This document shows positions 60,815-64,000 of a stretch of 64,000 bases of DNA, piece by piece. The notes beneath the pieces are model-generated. The model was given only the letters and a program-made list of their open reading frames with translations, searched no databases and was not told the DNA's origin. A program made the position numbers and the translations under genes. The number at the start of each line of letters is the position of its first letter. Positions within the stretch are counted from its first letter, which is position 1. The stretch comes from Octopus bimaculoides (lineage: Eukaryota): the NCBI RefSeq assembly GCF_001194135.2, contig NC_068990.1, positions 84,864,940 to 84,928,939 of the forward strand, written 5' to 3'.

Positions 60815-62341
60815 TATATATATATATACACACACACATATATATATATACACACACTATGTGTATTTGTACTGCCTTGTGTTGATTGATGCTATAGTTG
60901 TATGAGTGTCACCATCATACAAGCAATGTTATTTGTCTCCAATCGTTTTTGGAAAAATGTCCAGTAATGGAAAAACATTACTTTGCTTGCAGAGAAGTGA
61001 CGGTCTGCTTGATCGGTGCTGTTCTGGGATTAAATAACAAGTAATCTTATTCTTAAAATAAGGTTACGTGCAATGGGATGAGCTGAGACGTTTCGGGAAA
61101 TAGCCTTTCATCAAGGAAGAGAAAAGTGTTGAAAGGTCGACGGTTATCACCGTGACTACTGACAACACAATAATGATGGAGCCGTACATGACAGATTCAT
61201 TTGAAAAGGAGTTTCTTATAACACTTTATTAATTTATATTTAGTGACTACAATAAAAATAAGGGAGCCTCCACAAGGTCTTTTGATTTGCAAGAAATAGC
61301 AGCCAGATCTCCCTTCCTGCTATCAAACTCTTAGAAAACGGAAGGACACAATGCAGTTTTAAATACCCTTAAAAAAAGGATGGCCATGGTTAGGATGGCT
61401 TTAATTATAGGTTTGGCCGATCTGGAGACACAAAAGTAATAAAAGAAGATAATTGCGTTATATTCCATCGATCAGCTTCATTCTCAGCCCTACAAGAGCA
61501 ATATCTGAAACGCCAGAACTCTTTAACTGCTTTGATATTTTTTACCAAAAGAGACAATCATATTTTCTCGGACTCTAGATATTGTTCAACACTCGGTCAA
61601 CCTCGATCCAGGCGTGACTATCCACCCTCTCATTAGGTTAAGTATATTACAAGACTACATTAGTGGCCTTTGTTTTTTAAACAGGGTGTGTATGATTCGA
61701 GGGAGACCAGGTTGCGATTTCTAGTAAACCGATCGACAAAGCAGAAGTTCCTTTGTTGGTGGCATAACTACAGGGTTTTACCCCCCAGACTTTGTGACCT
61801 CCCAAAGTCTGTGGTGGAAACAAACTTGACTTGCCCAAACTGGCATAACTACAGGGTTTTACCCCCCAGACTTTGGGAGGTCACAAAGTCTGGGGGGTAA
61901 AACCCTGTAGTTATGCCAGTTTGGGCAAGTCAAGTTTGTTTCCACCACATATTTAATAAAGATAACGAAAACGAAGTCTAAGTGTACCTCATTAATCATG
62001 AAAAGAAAATATAATAATAAAGTGCGCCAGTTTTCCCATTTAATTTTCTAAATATATACCTGAGTAATTATTTTAAAACTAGGCAATATTTAATTATTTG
62101 CCAAATGGTAATCAACGGTTAATTATTTACAACAAATTGGATTTAACTCACAAGTACAACGGCTGAATTTTAACAATATTAAAAAACAATTATTTAAAAA
62201 CTTTATATAGATTATTTTTGTTTTGGCCATTACCTTTAAATTGCTTTTCCGCAAGAATTGTAAAACAGCTAAAAGGGTTTGTTTATCAAAATTCTCCGGC
62301 TTCTGTGCATCTACACTATCATTAACGGTAGTGCTTGCCAT
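42827..62341 (-). CDS. TAF5: Transcription initiation factor TFIID subunit 5, complete 19-exon CDS (1992 nt, 663 aa + stop)
   Basis: join(complement): 62341-62234, 60384-60272, 59284-59206, 57738-57660, 56227-56104, 54345-54227, 53611-53534, 52410-52313, 51948-51857, 51412-51293, 50456-50311, 49156-49019, 47214-47133, 46190-46079, 45198-45085, 44406-44352, 43754-43632, 43150-43054, 42941-42827. All introns are GT-AG and all phases join into one open frame. Recognisable TAF5 motifs: Lis[17 protein letters not shown]2 [15 protein letters not shown] and [23 protein letters not shown]40 repeats ([35 protein letters not shown]), C-terminal [12 protein letters not shown]. Confidence 0.97.
43054..43150 (-). 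CDS. TAF5: TAF5 exon 18 ([32 protein letters not shown])
   Basis: tttctag| acceptor, GT|gtaagt donor. Confidence 0.95.
43632..43754 (-). CDS. TAF5: TAF5 exon 17 ([41 protein letters not shown])
   Basis: atttag| acceptor, G|gtaagc donor. Confidence 0.96.
44352..44406 (-). CDS. TAF5: TAF5 exon 16 ([18 protein letters not shown])
   Basis: aaacag| acceptor, G|gtaggt donor. Confidence 0.94.
45085..45198 (-). CDS. TAF5: TAF5 exon 15 ([38 protein letters not shown])
   Basis: atttcag| acceptor, AAG|gtaagt donor. Confidence 0.96.
46079..46190 (-). CDS. TAF5: TAF5 exon 14 ([38 protein letters not shown])
   Basis: tttgcag| acceptor, GAT|gtaaga donor. Confidence 0.96.
47133..47214 (-). CDS. TAF5: TAF5 exon 13 ([27 protein letters not shown])
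   Basis: ctcccag| acceptor, AG|gtaagt donor. Confidence 0.96.
47785..48984 (+). mobile_element. Full-length decayed mariner (D,D34D) transposon in TAF5 intron 12
   Basis: Imperfect TIRs tatcaagtcaataagattgaaatgtctgatttt / aaaattggacatttcattcttaatgacctgata with TA at both ends. Transposase motifs [24 protein letters not shown] with 34 residues between D2 and D3. Several stops and frameshifts. Confidence 0.95.
49019..49156 (-). CDS. TAF5: TAF5 exon 12 ([46 protein letters not shown])
   Basis: ttgcag| acceptor, A|gtaaga donor. Confidence 0.96.
50311..50456 (-). CDS. TAF5: TAF5 exon 11 ([49 protein letters not shown])
   Basis: aatctag| acceptor, G|gtaagt donor, first WD repeat. Confidence 0.96.
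51293..51412 (-). CDS. TAF5: TAF5 exon 10 ([40 protein letters not shown])
   Basis: attcag| acceptor, GG|gtaagt donor. Confidence 0.96.
51857..51948 (-). CDS. TAF5: TAF5 exon 9 ([30 protein letters not shown])
   Basis: attctag| acceptor, TT|gtaaat donor, basic NLS-like stretch. Confidence 0.94.
52313..52410 (-). CDS. TAF5: TAF5 exon 8 ([33 protein letters not shown])
   Basis: gtttag| acceptor, AAG|gtattt donor. Confidence 0.95.
52545..52820 (+). mobile_element. Family A repeat
   Basis: Family core with (GAT)n tail. Confidence 0.85.
53534..53611 (-). CDS. TAF5: TAF5 exon 7 ([26 protein letters not shown])
   Basis: atttcag| acceptor, G|gtatgt donor. Confidence 0.95.
54227..54345 (-). CDS. 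TAF5: TAF5 exon 6 ([39 protein letters not shown])
   Basis: atttcag| acceptor, G|gtgagt donor. Confidence 0.96.
54537..55688 (+). mobile_element. Young RTE-clade LINE 3' part (PHD-like finger, RT C-terminus, gap, 3'UTR with (GAT)n tail) in TAF5 intron 5
   Basis: Stop-free frame [28 protein letters not shown]...FVCGRC...[13 protein letters not shown]...[16 protein letters not shown] up to the N-gap. The family 3'UTR resumes after the gap. Confidence 0.88.
56104..56227 (-). CDS. TAF5: TAF5 exon 5 ([41 protein letters not shown])
   Basis: ttttcag| acceptor, AA|gtaagt donor, phase 1 to 2. Confidence 0.95.
56392..56455. repeat. 21-bp minisatellite x3 (aagactcatagtacttattca)
   Basis: Three exact tandem units. 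Confidence 0.9.
57660..57738 (-). CDS. TAF5: TAF5 exon 4 ([26 protein letters not shown])
   Basis: tttctcag| acceptor, G|gtttgt donor, NTD2 motif. Confidence 0.96.
58494..58860 (-). mobile_element. Second copy of the HINE-like element
   Basis: Reverse complement of 26885-27243 over about 350 nt. Confidence 0.6.
59206..59284 (-). CDS. TAF5: TAF5 exon 3 ([27 protein letters not shown])
   Basis: tttatag| acceptor, AAG|gtgaga donor, phase 2 to 0. Confidence 0.95.
59375..59975 (+). mobile_element. Family A repeat, partly duplicated across a 10-N gap
   Basis: Family core with (GAT)n tail. Confidence 0.8.
60272..60384 (-). CDS. TAF5: TAF5 exon 2 ([37 protein letters not shown])
   Basis: ttttag| acceptor, AG|gtttgt donor, phase 0 to 2. 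[11 protein letters not shown] aligns with the DVSAVLSAYN segment of vertebrate TAF5 (from memory). Confidence 0.9.
61760..61949. repeat. Perfect 66-bp inverted repeat (8-nt loop) preceded by a partial copy with the loop inverted
   Basis: 61810-61875 equals the reverse complement of 61884-61949; loop ggaggtca. The upstream partial copy at 61760-61810 has loop tgacctcc. Confidence 0.95.
62234..62341 (-). CDS. TAF5: TAF5 coding exon 1 ([36 protein letters not shown])
   Basis: ATG at 62341, start of the LisH motif, donor AAG|gtaatg, phase 0. Confidence 0.93.
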
Positions 62342-62509
62342 TATTACTGAGCTGCACTGAGACAATCTCAACACTGAGCTTGCGCAAACGTAGGCGGCTC
62401 TTACTTCTGGTAGTCCCGGTCTTTTTTTCTTCCGTTTGCTGAAGCGCACATTTAACATTTTACAGAACGTATTTCCCGGGACGTTCCCATTTTTTTTTTC
62501 AACTAATAT

Positions 62510-62762
62510 AATAACCTAGGCCTTATGTAAGGAAAGCTTTATATTACTCAGAACGTAAGGAGCAAGAAGGCGGCGAACTGGCAGAATCGTTAGCTCGCCG
62601 GGCGAAATGCTGAGCGGTCTTTCGTCTGAGTTCAAATTCCGCCGAGGTCGATAAATTAAGTACCAGTTACGCACTGAGGTCGATGTAATCGACTTAATCC
62701 GTTCGTCTGTCCTTGTTTGTTCCCTCTATGTTTAGCCTCTTGCGGGCAATAAAGAAATAAGA
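62510..62762 (+). mobile_element. tRNA-derived SINE family C just upstream of TAF5
   Basis: ggcggcgaactggcagaatcgttagc...ctgagttcaaattccgccgaggtcga. Related copies at 7040-7150, 7620-7810, 13310-13680(-), 37575-37960(+), 49320-50010(-), 55850-56090(-), 58150-58480(-). Confidence 0.8.
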
Positions 62763-63865
62763 ACGTAAAAGTCTAAAAACAAGCAAGGACGTTTAGAACA
62801 AACTTATGAAAATGCTTTAAGCTGGCAAAAGGTCAGCATCGCTCATAACCTTTTCTTAGTCTTGAAGACCGAAGGGACGAAGTTATTCTTAATCCAGAGA
62901 CCTGGCTTAAATGCTTGCAACATAGTTAATTATATCGGAATTTAATTTTCAAAAACAGAGGAGGGTGGGGGTCACACATGTAGTCCGACACATCACATTT
63001 TATTTTGTAGATATGTATGCGACATGTGTCAGTATGTATGTAAGCGCACCCATCAATTTCTTTTTTTTTCTCATATTAAGTTCCACTTTTCTGAAAGTTA
63101 CAAAGAAACAAAATCAGGTGGCGGGCACATTTGTGTAGGTATGCCTATACATAAATATATTTTGTTTCTATCTTCCTCGCTCTTTTTCTTAATCTGTCAA
63201 GTTATTTTCCTTGCTCTTTCTTTCTCACTTTATTTGAGTTTCTTTTCTTACAAATTTTCTCTGTATTGTGTTTCTAGTAGATAGAAACATAAACAGAGAA
63301 ATAGATTAACAGAATCTGCGAAAGACAGATAGATAAAGAGAGAGAGAAGAGAAAGATACTACCTGGAAAGAATGTGCGATAGATATATACAGAGAAAGAG
63401 AGAGAGAAAGGGAGAGTGAAGGGGGGGGGGGAGACTGTCATCCGGCGGAAATATTGAAACTGCGGGAAATACAGTCAGTGTTTACTTGTTGGACATATAC
63501 TGGAAAGAAAAGAAAACTTCATAAAACTGTTAAACTTTCTTCAAAGTGAATGATATTGCACAAGAAGGTAATATAATGTAATGATGATATAATTTCAGCG
63601 AAATAATACTGTTTAGAGTTATGAACAATCTTTGATTTTAATGTTATGGAATACACATGTTTATGCTTTTGCTTAGCCCGGGTCAACTTTGATTGAGTAG
63701 ACTTAGGATTTAATGTATACCAGCCATGGTTACTTCGTTTTTCTCTCGAGTATTGCTTATCTAAGACTAATTTATTTAATGTGTCTCTCTCCTTTTAAGA
63801 GGGTAGCGTATAGAATAAGCATGATTTCACTGTTATTTCTTGCAAGTCGATTTATGTCATCGCTC

Positions 63866-63912
<47 letters not shown>

Positions 63913-63914
<2 letters not shown>

Positions 63915-64000
63915 TAATTTTTCAGATTAACACCCGCACGATTTTTACTAGGGTGTTAGGGTTACTGTTAGGGTTTTAGGGTTAGAGTTTGGGTCAGGGA
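63913..64000. mobile_element. Second copy of the TTAGGG-containing MITE, truncated by the window end
   Basis: ggtaatttttcagattaacacccgcacgatttttactagggtgttagggtt... Confidence 0.7.

Noticed and set aside
63420-63560. Possible promoter or first exon of a plus-strand gene divergent from TAF5
   Set aside because: Only slight CpG enrichment and one weak donor; no ORF or other support in the window.

Overview
AT-rich, repeat-dense animal genomic scaffold with seven N-gaps. The repeat families look like those of octopus or another coleoid cephalopod (my inference, not checked). Two multi-exon genes were rebuilt by hand on the minus strand; the ORF track misses most of their exons. (1) TAF5, 19 coding exons at 62341-42827, 663 aa, all GT-AG and all phases consistent. 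(2) An uncharacterised gene at 36343-23190, about 10 coding exons, that appears to join an N-terminal armadillo/HEAT-like helical region to a C-terminal Schlafen/AlbA_2 domain with an altered catalytic motif. This is the most interesting object in the window. It has one unresolved phase break, and inverted repeats bracket its first AlbA exon. There is also an orphan first coding exon at 11276-11183, a full-length decayed mariner, a decayed CRE-clade retrotransposon, an RTE fragment with an intact PHD-like finger, many SINEs and MITEs, and several long palindromes, one with flip/flop loop isomers. No database searches were run: family names come from remembered motifs, and repeat boundaries are approximate.
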